Positions 11,065 to 23,473 of a DNA stretch of 55,465 nt are shown here, one piece after another. The stretch spans positions 1 through 55,465 of the forward strand of contig NW_014569516.1 in assembly GCF_000743755.1 (NCBI RefSeq), written 5' to 3'. The DNA is from Blastocystis sp. subtype 4 (taxonomy: Eukaryota). Every line of letters begins with the position of its first letter. Within the stretch, counting starts at the first letter, position 1. Under the pieces are notes generated by a model. It did no database searches, had not been told where the DNA came from, and saw only the letters and a program-made list of their open reading frames with translations. The position numbers were made by a program, and so were the translations under genes.

Positions 11065-14000
11065 ATGCAACAATCTGTTCCAAATACCTTTGGAGAGTCA
11101 GATGAAGCATGGCTACTTTCTGTTTTGGGTGAAATGCTTCATCCTTCGTCTTCAACGAGTTACCTATCCGAACAGTATGTAAAGGAGATCGAAGGAAGAC
11201 CAGGATATTTGGAACTACTCTTAGTATTGTTGCTAGGGATTTTAGTGAAAGTATAGAAAATCGTATATAATTCTGCAAATTCCATCAATATTCGTCAACT
11301 AGCAATTATCTGTATAAAGAACTGCGTGACACGTCGTTGGTGGAAGCATCAAACATCAAAAATGGGGAATTACCTTTCAGAAGATGAAAAGAGTCATCTA
11401 TTGAATGTTATTATGGCAAATGTAAGTGTATATTGAATTCCTGTTCTCTAGCTTGTAGTTCCTTTGGATAATCCCCTTTTAATCACACAATTCTCATTAA
11501 TTATAGCTCATATTGCTCGAATCGAATATCCTCAACGAATGACAGATCTCTTTCGAGTAATTCAAATGCTGATGAATTCTAATGATATGATGGCCATGTA
11601 CCAAGGAATGTACGAACGAATTGGAATGTTCATTTTAGTTGTTGCATGTCAAGCTGCATCAAGTGTTTTTCTACATGTCGGATAGGTCCTCTTCGTATTC
11701 AATTCAGTCAGATGCTTCCTGATTTGCTAACTCTCCTTCCAGCAGTGATTACTCACAATCTCACTTCACTCAATCTCCCTCTCTTTGCTGATTCCATGCG
11801 AATGGCATTAAGTGTATTATATTTCCTCATTATTTATCTCAAGACTCTTCATTGCGTGATTATTCGAGGAGTATTACCATCTCAAAACCCCACTCTGATT
11901 GAACGAATACCTTCCATTATCACAGATCTGTTCCCAGTAGCTTCCACTTGCTTACAACATTCTGAATTCAATTCCAGTATTCTGCTACAGAAGTGTGTAA
12001 AATGGTGTCTGAAGATTACACTGAATGTAATAAAGATCAACTGGACCATTAGTCAACCATTTGTAGTCACAATGGCCCAATTATGCAATCAGCTTCTTTT
12101 CTCCTTCTGGTCCTCATCTGTTGATGATCAACAGCTGTACACTTCTATTTCTTCATTTATCACTAGAATGGAATTCTGGCCAATTATTTATCTCGTTTCT
12201 TCTTCCATTTCGTTCCTTATCACTCATTGCTCCGATACACCAGCATTACACGAATTCTATTCTGATGATTGCATTCAACAGTTATTGCGATGTTTGCACT
12301 TATCAATGTTTGCCTTCACTCGTACACAGCAACAACAATGTATTGATAACGGAGAAGCATTCTACTGGTCTCAAGTATCCTTTTTTGCAATTCCTGAATT
12401 CAAGGTGAATTCAATCATTCGCTCCTCAACACAATCTCTCTATGAAAATATCACAGAAGAATATCCTACCCAAGTCACAACATATTTGGCATCGTTCTAT
12501 CAGAATTCCACTTCTTCCTCAATTCCAGAAATCTATGGTTATTTGTGTATGTTAGAAGGATCTCGATCACACTTGTCAAAAATCCTCTCGATTTCTGACA
12601 TATGGATGAATGTCCTTCAACCATGTATCGCCAATGGTTTGATGGATCCTTCGTTTTATCTTCCTGTTATTGAATGTTTACGAGTGATTCGAACATGGTA
12701 TCCATTGATGGAAGAACAACTGGTAATGAAAGTGAATAGTGTGGTTATAACGTGTTTGAAAAGTGGATTGATAGGTGTGAGAATTTAAATACCAAAATGA
12801 GAACTAGATCCAATTGCATGCTGTTGAATGTATCCAGACTCTCGTTAATACCTTTTCATTTAAACCAAATCACTTAGAAGAACATTTTCCAGAAATTGTA
12901 TCTATTTTAGTGACTCTGTATACTGTTGAGATTAATCCAAAGAATGATCCATAGAATTGTGCATTCCAAGAATCGAAGCTATTTTTCATTTCTGTTTTCA
13001 CATCCTTAGTGAAGAATTGTAAAAATGCTTCACTCTTTCTCACACAAATTCTGAGTGGATTTGAGTGCTTGTGGAGTGAAGCATTGAAGATGAGTGATTC
13101 AATGAGTCAGTTGCAGTTACTGCGACTCCTCATCACACTCGTGGAGACAGCAGGAGATGCAGTGACTACATATGTTCCATCATTCATTGGAATCATTCAC
13201 TATGAACTGACAGAGGCAGGAACTGATTCTCTGGATCTGTTTTTGGAGGATGGGTTGATTTTATGGAATAATCTGATTCATCTCTCCAATCTCACTTATT
13301 CACCAGAGATTCATACGTTGTTTGTCATTCTTATACACAATTATTCACGTAATATGAAACTTTTTACTACCGTGATGGGATTGATTGATGGATATGTGAG
13401 TCTTGGGAAACAAACATTTCTTCAAGACTACAAAGGAGCGTTGAGTTCTATCTATCAAACTCTCCTTATTCTGGTATCACCACGAGAATTGAGACGTGTA
13501 GCTACATCTATTCATATCCTTCTTTTACTGTATCCAGAAGAAGGAGTAGAAGTGATGGCTGGGAGTATGGATCATATTGTTGGCACATTAGCAGCTGCAG
13601 AGACCCATCAATCCACAGAAACGTAGGTCTTCTCCTTATCATTCAAAGTAGACTCCCAGAGAGTTCCACTGTTAGTTACCTAATGATTGTGGGTCAGTTG
13701 TTGCTTAATGGTTCATCATCACTTACACTTCTAGCTTCTTCGTGTCAACATTTGTGTACTGTTGTGTTGGTATGGTCATATAGGTATCCAAGAAGAACTC
13801 TTTTTCTCCTCCATGTTGTCAGCTTTCCTACATAGTTTTGATGCTGCAGGAGGAGGTGCAATTGGTTACATTCGACGTAGTATGTTCGTTCAGTGTATGT
13901 TCTTCTGTTTGATTCACAGTTCTCAATCCAATCTAGAACGATTAGAGGAAATATTGGACTGTGTTATGAATGTGATGGCCGAAGAAGAAGTAGGAGAAGA

Positions 14001-14250
14001 GAAATTACGATTGTTGTTGTCAGAGAAGCGATCTATTGGAACTGAATCACTTACAACTGAGTATGTGAAGAAGTATGTCTGTCAATCCAATGTGAGACAG
14101 AGTTGTAGTGTGTTCATACGAGTGAGAATAGTAAGGAGTAATCATTGATAGGAGATGGTAGCAAAATGGGGAGAGGATTGTATCCGATCAGTTCTAAGTA
14201 CTGTTCATCCTGAAGTGTTGACACCTTTAACAGAGTTCATATCTTTCTAA
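11065..14250 (+). CDS. IPO11: Importin-beta family HEAT-repeat protein, importin-11-like
   Basis: IBN_N-like IRQLAIICIKNCVTRRWW, IAHIARIEYP, FLEDGLILW; multi-exon; TAA at 14248-14250 followed by TGTTTGTT at 14253. Confidence 0.7.
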
Positions 14251-14252
14251 AT

Positions 14253-14260
14253 TGTTTGTT
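14253..14260 (+). terminator. TGTTTGTT 3'-processing motif (importin gene)
   Basis: Exact motif 2 nt after the TAA stop. Confidence 0.8.
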
Positions 14261-14284
14261 CTAAGAGTAGTAATTACAAACACT

Positions 14285-16166
14285 CTATGTACAACAGTAT
14301 TCCACATATTGTACAGAAGATACACTCCCTTCTTGATGCAACTTCTCAGGATTCGTCAATCGACCTCGTTTCAACAAATGAACTTCATGAACCTCATTAT
14401 CTCCTTGTACACGTTTCAATAGATTCTACTCTTCATCTTCATCATCATCACTCACATTCACATCGATTGCTTTTCGTAATAGTCTCGTTGGATACAAACC
14501 CATCATTTGAAGATCCAGTTTCATTACTTCTGTCACTAAGTCTCATTCAGTCAATTATCCACTCACTCTCTCCATCTTCTTTAATCTTATAAACCAGCTC
14601 TCCCTTCTTCAGAGTGATCTCATCTCCATTCTCTAACTGTAAATCCAATCTTCCACTATTACCAGCTGCATATGAATCAATCACTTCTTCAAGCTCATAA
14701 CTCAATAGTGCACATGAATTTGTTCCTTCTTCAGTCATATACCGTTGACAGAAATCATCATGGTTTTTGCTATTCTGGGAAACAATATGATAGACAGTAG
14801 AAGAAGCATTTGTGAAACTGATAAACCCAGAATCTCGCTTTTCTGCTAATACCAGAGTCTCATCAGATGGACCTTCCATTGCATTCAGTGTATCGAGTAA
14901 TCCACTTTCACATATCGAATTGTAAATATGCATATAACATAATTTCAACACAACACATTGTTGGTACCAGATGTCATGACATGGATTAAATGTACATCCA
15001 TTAAAGAAGACTCGTAACATATCTTCATGAAAGGATGAATAATTCGTATAATATCCAGCATCAATTCGACGGGAAATCGTAGATAAATCCATTGGAAAGG
15101 CAATAATTTTGCGGTAATTTGGTACTGAAACTGGGTCAACAGGCTTTAGAAACACAAACGCACTTGGTTCATTCTTTAGATGGTCACAGATGATTTTCAG
15201 TAGAGATTCTATTTTGAATAGCATTCATAAACCCTACTTAAAGATGAAATATGAGAATCAACCATTAATGGTTTCCATTTCCAGTACATGTCATCTTCTG
15301 GTTTAAGTCGATACACATTGTAATATCGAGGAATCAAAACACCATCTTGAACGAATATCTAATGTTCATTTAAGTTCTTAGTAAGTACCCGAGTAATTTT
15401 CTGAGCTAATGCTTCCTTGTACAAATCTAAACTCAATGTACGTGAATTATAGAGTGTTTGAATGACTTGTTGCAAACTCAGCCAATTTCGACACATTACC
15501 ATAAAATCTGATGGTTTTTCACTTTGTAAAATCAGTAATGTATTGATGGAAGGGGAAGAAATTGCTTTCTTTAAGGTAACCTTGATCGCATTCCCTTCTC
15601 GACGCATTGAAGTTCCTGACACAACAGAACAGCCACTGAACTCCATTGAACAGAGAATAAACTCTTTCTTCGAGACCAAAAAGGTGTATGAACCATTTCG
15701 ACCTCGACCTAGAGCATACTTGTACTAACGATCATTCTGCATTCTCCGGTATCCTACATGAGTTGGAATAGACTCAACCTGATTTGAATTCTTAGCTAAC
15801 CAATTGACTGCAACTTCTTTCATATATTCCATCTGGATATAACATTCATAAGCAAAGAGATACGATTATCTCCTTTGTAATACCTCCTTTTGCCGTCAAC
15901 ACACTCTCTTTCCGAATCCAAGTATCAAAAAAGAGAAATTCAGCCTAGTAATCACTTTCATATAATAATCCATTCCTTTCCCTCCTCCACATTTCTAAGC
16001 ACATTCAGTAACATCTAAAAATGATAAAATAAACCACACACTTTCATTCGAATTATATATGTTGGAATGGCGTTGAAAGACACTATACATGAACCATGTG
16101 TTACAACTCTGACACTGAAACCTGAAGAATAGCGTTGAACTCGTATGAATTCTCAACTGATGTCAT
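14285..16166 (-). CDS. Bromodomain-containing protein (5' end uncertain)
   Basis: AFVFLKPVDPVSVPNYRKIIAFPMDLSTI...FHEDMLRVFFNGCTFNP at ~14960-15170; spliced 3' end reads ...VEYCCT* (TAG 14285-14287). Confidence 0.75.
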
Positions 16167-16209
16167 TCCAAAAAAACAAATGAAGATGAACTCCAAAATG
16201 GCATTGATA

Positions 16210-17063
16210 ATGTCAAAACGGACATCTACCTTGACGGATCGTCAAGAAAAGCGGAGAAAACGCCTTGAGTTATCGAATATCTCATGGTTTGATGGATTAG
16301 AGAGAATCAGAAGATTGTAAACCGATATCAGATATTGAAATTTGCAAACGATTTAAAGACGATTCCGGAAGAGTTGTACAAGAAACAGTGGGAGTAACTT
16401 GTCCATGATTATGTGTAGTTTTGAACCTATTTCTTCGTCATTTAGCGTTGAACAGAAACTGTTACGGTGTCTTCGAGGAGATGATGCCAAGGAGTTGTAT
16501 GAATTAGGACAGGAAAACATGGAATCTCTCTATAATACATGTTCGTGGAAATGGAACGAAAAGAAGGAGAGTACTGAATGATAATTGACTTAAATATAGT
16601 GGCGGAGTGTCGATCACGAACAGCCCGATTTGTTATTGTCCGGGATAAGGCATCAAATCAACTTGCTGGTTACTTAGAACTCAAATTTTTATTAGACACA
16701 GATGATGATAGTATGGTCTGTTACATGTACTCTAGGATGTGATGTTTGATGTAGTTATTCGATTCAAATAGCAAAGCAGTATCAAGGTAAAGGGCTTGGA
16801 CGAGTATTGATGTCTTTTGCGGAGAACTTGGCCATCTTCTGCCATCTTGAGAAGTGCCGATTGACTGTATTCAAAGTATTTGTCTTGGCGTTATTCAATC
16901 TAGCACAACCCAAGAGCGTTAGATTTTTATCTCCACAAATGTGGTTATGTGATTGATCCAATTTCACCTAGCTGTTATGGAGAGAATATATCCTCAAGAT
17001 TTTCGTTTCTAGTTTGTTAACTATCAGACTTGTTATGAGATTCTGTGTAAGTCTTTTTTGTGA
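16210..17063 (+). CDS. NAA40: N-alpha-acetyltransferase 40-like GNAT, copy 1
   Basis: ENMESLYNTCSWKWNE, ARFVIV, YSIQIAKQYQGKGLG, LTVFKHNPRALDFY, YEILCK; reaching the YEIL end needs a 40-nt AT-AG intron. Confidence 0.85.
16988..17027 (+). other. U12-type AT-AG intron, 40 nt, in NAA40 copy 1
   Basis: ATATCCTC...TTGTTAAC TATCAG; removal restores the conserved YEIL C-terminus. Confidence 0.75.
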
Positions 17064-17083
17064 TTGTCGTTTGTTTGTGATAT

Positions 17084-17855
17084 ATGGCAAGATACATTGA
17101 TTCTACATATGAAAAACAAATGATTTCAGTTGAGTACGACATAATTGTGTAGTTACACAGAAAGTGATGATTCTATAAGAAACGAGAAGAGAGTCATTGT
17201 TGAACAAGCTAACAAAAATTGGAGAGGATTCGTGGATGATCATTCTGGGTTGTGGGTTTGTTTCGTATAATTAAGAATAGATTTGTTTCTGCATCGAGTG
17301 AATTCGATTTTGTGTTTGAAGACGGAAATAACCTCAGTTCGACTATTGGAGATGCTCTTATGGAAATGCTCACAGAAAACATGAAAGACCTTATCATTAA
17401 CAGTGGATGGGAATGGAATCCTGTTCATGAGCGTGGTAATTGTTGTGAATCGTGATTTCTAGGACAGAGTATTAACTCACCATCGGCTCACTATGTTCTT
17501 ATTGTTGAAAAGAATACAGAGAATGTAGTGGGGTATTTGGATAGTCGTTTTGGGTTAGAAGAGTTCGATGATAAGATGGTTCTCTTCTTGTTGTTATTGA
17601 TCACTTTCATAATCTATTAGAATGAGTCTACAAGTCTCAAAGTCGTATCAGAATCGTGGTTTAGGATCCGTTCTTCTCAGTGCAGCCGAAGCCATTGCCA
17701 AGTATTGTCATTTAGATGCCTGCAGACTCACTGTATTCAAACAGAACCAACGAGCTTATCAACTCTATCTCAGGCATTCTTATATCAAAGAATTTGATCC
17801 AAACGAACATCCTTCATGTATCTTGATGTCGAAATATGTGAAGTTGGTTGTTTGA
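17084..17855 (+). CDS. NAA40-like GNAT, copy 2 (tandem paralogue)
   Basis: ENMKDLIINSGWEWNP, SLQVSKSYQNRGLG, RLTVFKQNQRAYQLY; the same motifs as the upstream copy. Confidence 0.75.
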
Positions 17856-18270
17856 AATCAAATACAATACAGTGCATTTCCTTGTTCCAATATTGGTTAT
17901 GATACTGACATGAACAACGTTAGTTTATTCGCAATTCATGGATCATTACACACTTGGACATGAAGGGGTTCACAATAGAACAACGTACATAACCCACGGG
18001 AAATTTGTTAATCATTTGAAACCGGCTTAATAGATGTATTAAATATCTTGTTCACTTGCAGAATAATGGTCGAAAATATTGACCATTTGATTTGAAAACA
18101 CTACAGAAGTACATAGAGTTCCTATTGAGAATAGTAGCTGATATAGAATTCACAAGTTGTTTTCTTTCTCTTTGAAGTATGTAGAATTACGTACCAACCA
18201 TGTTGAATTATTGATCCAAGGTTGTGGTAAGAAACAATGACTTCATTCATCTTCACTTACCATTCCACTC

Positions 18271-19444
18271 ATGGATGATAAAACGGATCCTTCACCTACA
18301 AACCCTCTAGAGATGAAGGAGAGTGAAGAAAAGGAGTTTGAAGCCTTGACAGGTGAATCTGTTGATAAGGAAAAGAAAGAGAAAGTGAGGAGAAGTGCAC
18401 TATTCTAGATAAGTCTAAGTATGTAGAAAGAAAACCAAATAAGAAAAGAGCTGGCCAGTGGAGAAATGCAAAACAGAATACATGGATGTAGTTGTATTTG
18501 TTTATTTGGATGACTAGATATGTGGAAAACCTTCCTGAAGATACAACAGTAGATGTACTGAATGATGTATTCAAACGATATGGTGTTATTGTTACAAATC
18601 TGGATGGAACTCCAAAAGTATGTTTGGATTATGGAACTGATCATAGATCAAATTGTATCGTGATGAAACGGGAAAACTGAAAGGAGATGCAAGTATTTGT
18701 TTCCTTCGAAAAGAGTCAATTCAACTTGCGATTCAGATGCAAGATGGATGTCCACTTCGTTACACGTTCGCCTCTTCAGTTCCATTCATCTTTTAGAGAC
18801 TCACAAAAAGTAAAAGTATCTGAAGCAATCTTCCAAAAGAAGCAGAATCCAGAATTCAAGTATTCACTTACTGTGGTTGTGATTCATAGAGAACGTGAAG
18901 AGGCAGAAGATGAGAAAACTAAGAAACTTCGATGGATGCATTTGCAACAGCAAAAACAGAGTTTGAGTTGGGCCGAAGGAGATGAAGAAGTGGGAGGCGT
19001 TGGATTGAAGATTATCGTGTTGGAAAATATGTTTTCGTTGGAGGAGGCTCAAAGTTGTTGATAGATGGAGATTGACAATTAGAGCCAGGATTCAAGATAG
19101 AGATGAAATCAGATGTGTTGGAGGGTTGTGAGCCATTTGGTACAGTCGATAAAATTACTGTGTTCGATACGAATCCAAATGGCATTGTTGTGGTAAAATT
19201 CAAGAGTGCAAATGCAGCCGATAATGTTGAATTGCAGAAATAGAGATAATTCGTAGTGTGTGAAGAAGATGGATGGACGTTTTTTCGCAGGTCGGAAACT
19301 GAAAGCATAGTGAGTGATGGTCACTGTATTTATGAGTAGTTTTTGGGATGGGCATACAGATTATCGAGTGAAGATTACAGAAGAAGAAGAGAATGAGAAG
19401 TTAGAGAGTTTTGCAAATTGGATTGAAGGAGGTGATTCTGATTA
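18271..19444 (+). CDS. HTATSF1: Tat-SF1/Cus2 U2 snRNP factor (RRM + UHM); stop probably completed by polyadenylation
   Basis: YVENLP, KIKLYRDETGKLKGDA, IIVLENMF, MDGRFFAGRKL, FWDGHTDY, LESFANWIE. Confidence 0.9.
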
Positions 19445-19448
19445 TATT

Positions 19449-19456
19449 TGTTTGTT
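19449..19456 (+). terminator. TGTTTGTT 3'-processing motif (HTATSF1)
   Basis: Exact motif, separated by 4 nt from an in-frame TA. Confidence 0.8.
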
Positions 19457-19520
19457 AGTTATATGACTCTTTGATCCTACATTCTCTTCCTCTTAACTAA
19501 TTACAAAGAAACAACTCAAT

Positions 19521-22500
19521 TTAACTTTTATTTGAACTATTTACAGACATGGTATCACTTTCTAGATCTTTTTTCCGAAGACTTTTGACCAATTTATCAA
19601 AATAACCCATATTCTATCAGTTATTGTTGATTATCAATCCATACAACACGACTTCCTGATTGTGTTATTCCATCCTTGATACAACTCGTTACACTTCGTT
19701 CATCGGATTCATTTTCTGTTCCTCTATCTACTCCTTTTGAGGAAGTTAGAGATAAACACAGATCTCGGTAATGATCTCGGCTAGCTTGCATATCAGCATA
19801 GTTCTGCATTGTCTCCTGATATTTCATTTTCAGTTTACTGAATGATTGGAACAGTTGGTGATCTGGATTACCTATCATCACATCTCACATTTCACATCTT
19901 ACCTGGATCAGTATCAGTATGCTGCTTCTGTACCTCCATCAACTTCTCTTCGTAGTTCTCCTTTAATTCATTGATGAGCCGTTTCGTCTTATTACGTTCA
20001 GTTTTTAGCCTACGTCGTGTGTCTGACGACTTTTTCTGTAATTCGCTTATTTCCACATCCTTGTCACCCAACTATTCCTCAGTCATCCAACCAAAATCCT
20101 ACCAATTTCTGGAGTTCCTTCATTTCTCGCATATAATCAGCCAGTCGCTTATACAGCACACACAACATTTCTCTAGCCTCCTGCATATTCAGATTTCTCA
20201 AATGTGTTAACACTTCTTCTTCATCAAACTGACTCTGTTGAAGCACTTGCTCCAACTCATTCACAGAGTATGTATCCACTGCCAACACCTCCTGAGCCTG
20301 TGCAATCGCATCTTCCAACTCTTCCTGTTCTTCTGCATCTCCCGATTCTGACTCAACTGGAACAACAGGAGTTGTCATGGTTCGAGTTTGTATCCGTCTG
20401 CGTGTATTTCGTAAATAGTTCTCTTCTCTGGTCTTCATCATGGTCTTAAGACGTTGCATTGCTTGTTCCTTCTGGTCCAACTTAGATTGGAGCTGTCGAA
20501 TCGTAGCATCTTTCTTCCCTTGAAGTGATAATTGTTTCTCCAGCCATCGAACACGCTTCTGATCCTCCTTACTGTATCGTTCATGTTCTCTTCGCTGGAC
20601 ATCAGCACTCAACTGCAGTTCCTTCACTTTTCGCTTCATCTGCTCTGTCCGTTCCATCTGAGCTCGTAGCATCGAATCAATCTTCTGGTTATCATGTTTT
20701 AACTCGGAGATCTGACGTGTTTGCTGACGTGTTTGGCGTTGTAGTGTCATGATCTCCTTTGTCTTGTCTTCAATCTTTGCCTTCAGCTCACGTTCATTCT
20801 GTTCTTTCGATCGTTGTAATGCTTCTCGTTGAATCTTCATTTCCTGAATCTCTGCTGAGAGTTTATCAATCCTTCGACCATGACTCTGAAGTTTGTGCAG
20901 AGAAAACTCCAAATCTCGCTTCTGAGTGTTGATTCGCTGAATCTCTTCATCCTTCTGCTTCAATTTTCCTTCCAATTCAGCATGTTGCTTCTTAACAGAA
21001 TCCATATTGGCTGCTGGTGAGGCTGTACGTTGTTTCTGAAGAAGGACCTCCATTTGCTGCTTCAACTGTCTCTTCTCCTATCAATCAGACTCTCATCATT
21101 CACTCACAGCTTCAATTGCGTTGATTCTCTTAGTCATTTCTTTCAATTGATCTTCGTATTGGCCTGACATGGCTTCCATCTCGGCTTGCTGTTTCTTCAT
21201 AAGTTGAAGCTGTTTTTCGCGCTCCTTGATACCGTCCATCAGAGTATCAATCTGCTTACTGAGGAAGATTTGTTGAGAACTGAGAGTCTGTGATACAGAG
21301 TGAAGTGGTCCTTCGACTTGAGAATCATCTTCTTTCTCTGAAACAGATCTGTGCGTTAGATAGAGAGTCAAGACAGATCACGATGGTCACAGTCATCAAC
21401 CACTCATCATACACACATCACCACATCACTCATCATCCAGTACCTACTTATCACCCAAGATCGCATCTTTCAATCGAGCAGCCACTTCCATCTCCATATC
21501 CAATACAGTCTTACTCTTCAAATCGATCAGTTCAATTTTATCTTCCATACTCCTTTGGGTCTGTTGTTCACTCAATCGAAGCAGATCACTAATCTGTGTG
21601 TTCTTCTTCTGAATCATTTCATCCAATTCATCAATTTTCTTCTTATAGAATGCAATTAGGTGATATTAAAGCACTAAAGACACATGGTACAAGGATATGT
21701 CAACTGATTGAAGATCGTCAGGTGTCATCACCTCATTGGCAATGAACATTTTCTCATTTTCTTTCATTCCTTTTGTCATTCGATATTCCAATTGTGACTC
21801 TGCTTGATAACGCTTCTTCCGTTCTTCATCCAATGTCTCCTTCAACTTCTGGTTCTCTTCTTTTAGCTGTTTCACAATGGACTGAGCTTCATTCATCCGT
21901 TCCTCCAACATCTCTCGCTCTCTTTCTTCCTCTTCCGTGTTCTTCAAAGTTGTGCTTTCAGCAAGGGAATGTTGAGCTAGTGATGACATCATTGACATGT
22001 CTGTGAGAGATGAACCATACCCACGAGCAGTTACTAACTCTGATTGCAAACGTTTGATCTCTTGTCGTAACTGAAGAATAAGATTAGCATCACGATCACG
22101 ATTAACACGAGGTTTGTTTTCAATATTCTTAGCGCTATTAGCATAACGAAGACAACTTAAACTTTCATTCACAGAATCCGAAGCCGGACTAATCATCATC
22201 TCTAACAACAACTTCTCACCTAACACACGCTATCATTAATGTCTTAGCATTTCCTCCAAGACTGTCCATCAATAACCGTGTTAATTTCGATTCTCGATAT
22301 GGCGGGAATCTACCTCTTATACAAACCACCATTTTATACCCATTCTTCATCTTCTCATCTCCTAAAGCACGAATTACTTTTCCTAAAACTAGCAATCCCT
22401 TGTTAATGTCGATTCCCTCATGTTGCTGTTTCCCCTCACTCCGAGTTCTTGAAAGACGTTCACTACCTGCCAAATCAACGAAATGGAACTTGCTTTGACG

Positions 22501-23340
22501 AACATCAGGAGAATTATCTTCTTCTTCAGAAAACCCTGATCTAGGGATTTCCTGATCTATATAAATTGTAAAAATTGCATGCGAGCGGGAAGAGAAGGCA
22601 TTCATTGCAGTCTCTCCCGTAGCTCTATATAAACTTCCATTGTCCAGCAATTCCAACAACTCTTCGGCTGATGTCACTTGCTGCAATTTCTGACCAAGTA
22701 CCTTCACACCACCATCCTTATCGGAACGGATAATCACCTCCTTGTTTGCAGATTGATCCATTTCCAGTAGATCTCGGACAGTTTCGCCATAGATCTCAAG
22801 AAAACTCACATGAATCGCCACCTCACTTCCAGGATTCTCAGTCTCAGTCTGTTTCTTTCGTTGAAAGACATCGTAAATAAAACGCGGGATGATTCCAGTA
22901 TCCACCACATTAGAAACTCTACCAGATGTACCCATCGTATACGTCTTTCCTGAACCCGTTTGACCATACGCAAGAACTATAGTAAAAAGGATAAAAAACA
23001 TCGCACTTGTAGCATTATATCCTTCAAAAGAACTATCCACAAGCTGTGTCACACACGTTTCATAGATTTCTTGTTGAGTCGCTGTAGCATCAAACACGTA
23101 ATTGAAAGTGAAGCGTCTATCACTGTCTCCATCGATGCAAATCTAAAGATTAGGAACAGTTACATCCAAAAAAATTACCTCTCCATCCTTACAATTACAG
23201 AATACAGCGATGTCACTGCAACCCCTTTCTCGAGCAATTAGAGGTCTTACTAGGATTCAAAAACAAAAATTGGGAAATATACCACGCACTGCTACCTGGA
23301 CGCAGTCTGTTGATCCAGATGGCTTTGGGGACGATTCCAT
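19521..23340 (-). CDS. Kinesin-4 family motor (KIF4/KIF21-like)
   Basis: VQVAVRVRPL, AYGQTGSGKTYTMG, TAMNAFSSRSHAIFT, KFHFVDLAGSER, PYRESKLTRLLMDSLGGN, then long coiled coils. Confidence 0.9.
21660..21698 (-). other. U12-type AT-AC intron, 39 nt, in kinesin-4
   Basis: ATATCCTT...CTTTAATATCAC; contains an in-frame TAA and removal restores the frame. Confidence 0.85.
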
Positions 23341-23473
23341 TTATTACACTACACACCTCTACTAACAAGAGTTGATTAGGAAAGTGATGTGCCAAAGCCA
23401 AAAAGAAATTGAATCATGATTTCGTCTTTAACAAACAATTTAGTCTTACATCTACGAGACTAATCTCATCCAC

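Noticed and set aside
15945..15975. 31-nt GA-AG intron in the bromodomain gene
   Set aside because: A 46-nt GT-AG alternative keeps the same phase and the 5' model is uncertain.
21349..21447. Box C/D snoRNA in the 99-nt kinesin intron
   Set aside because: ATGATGA is present but there is no CTGA D box, and GAT/GT-rich text is common in introns here.
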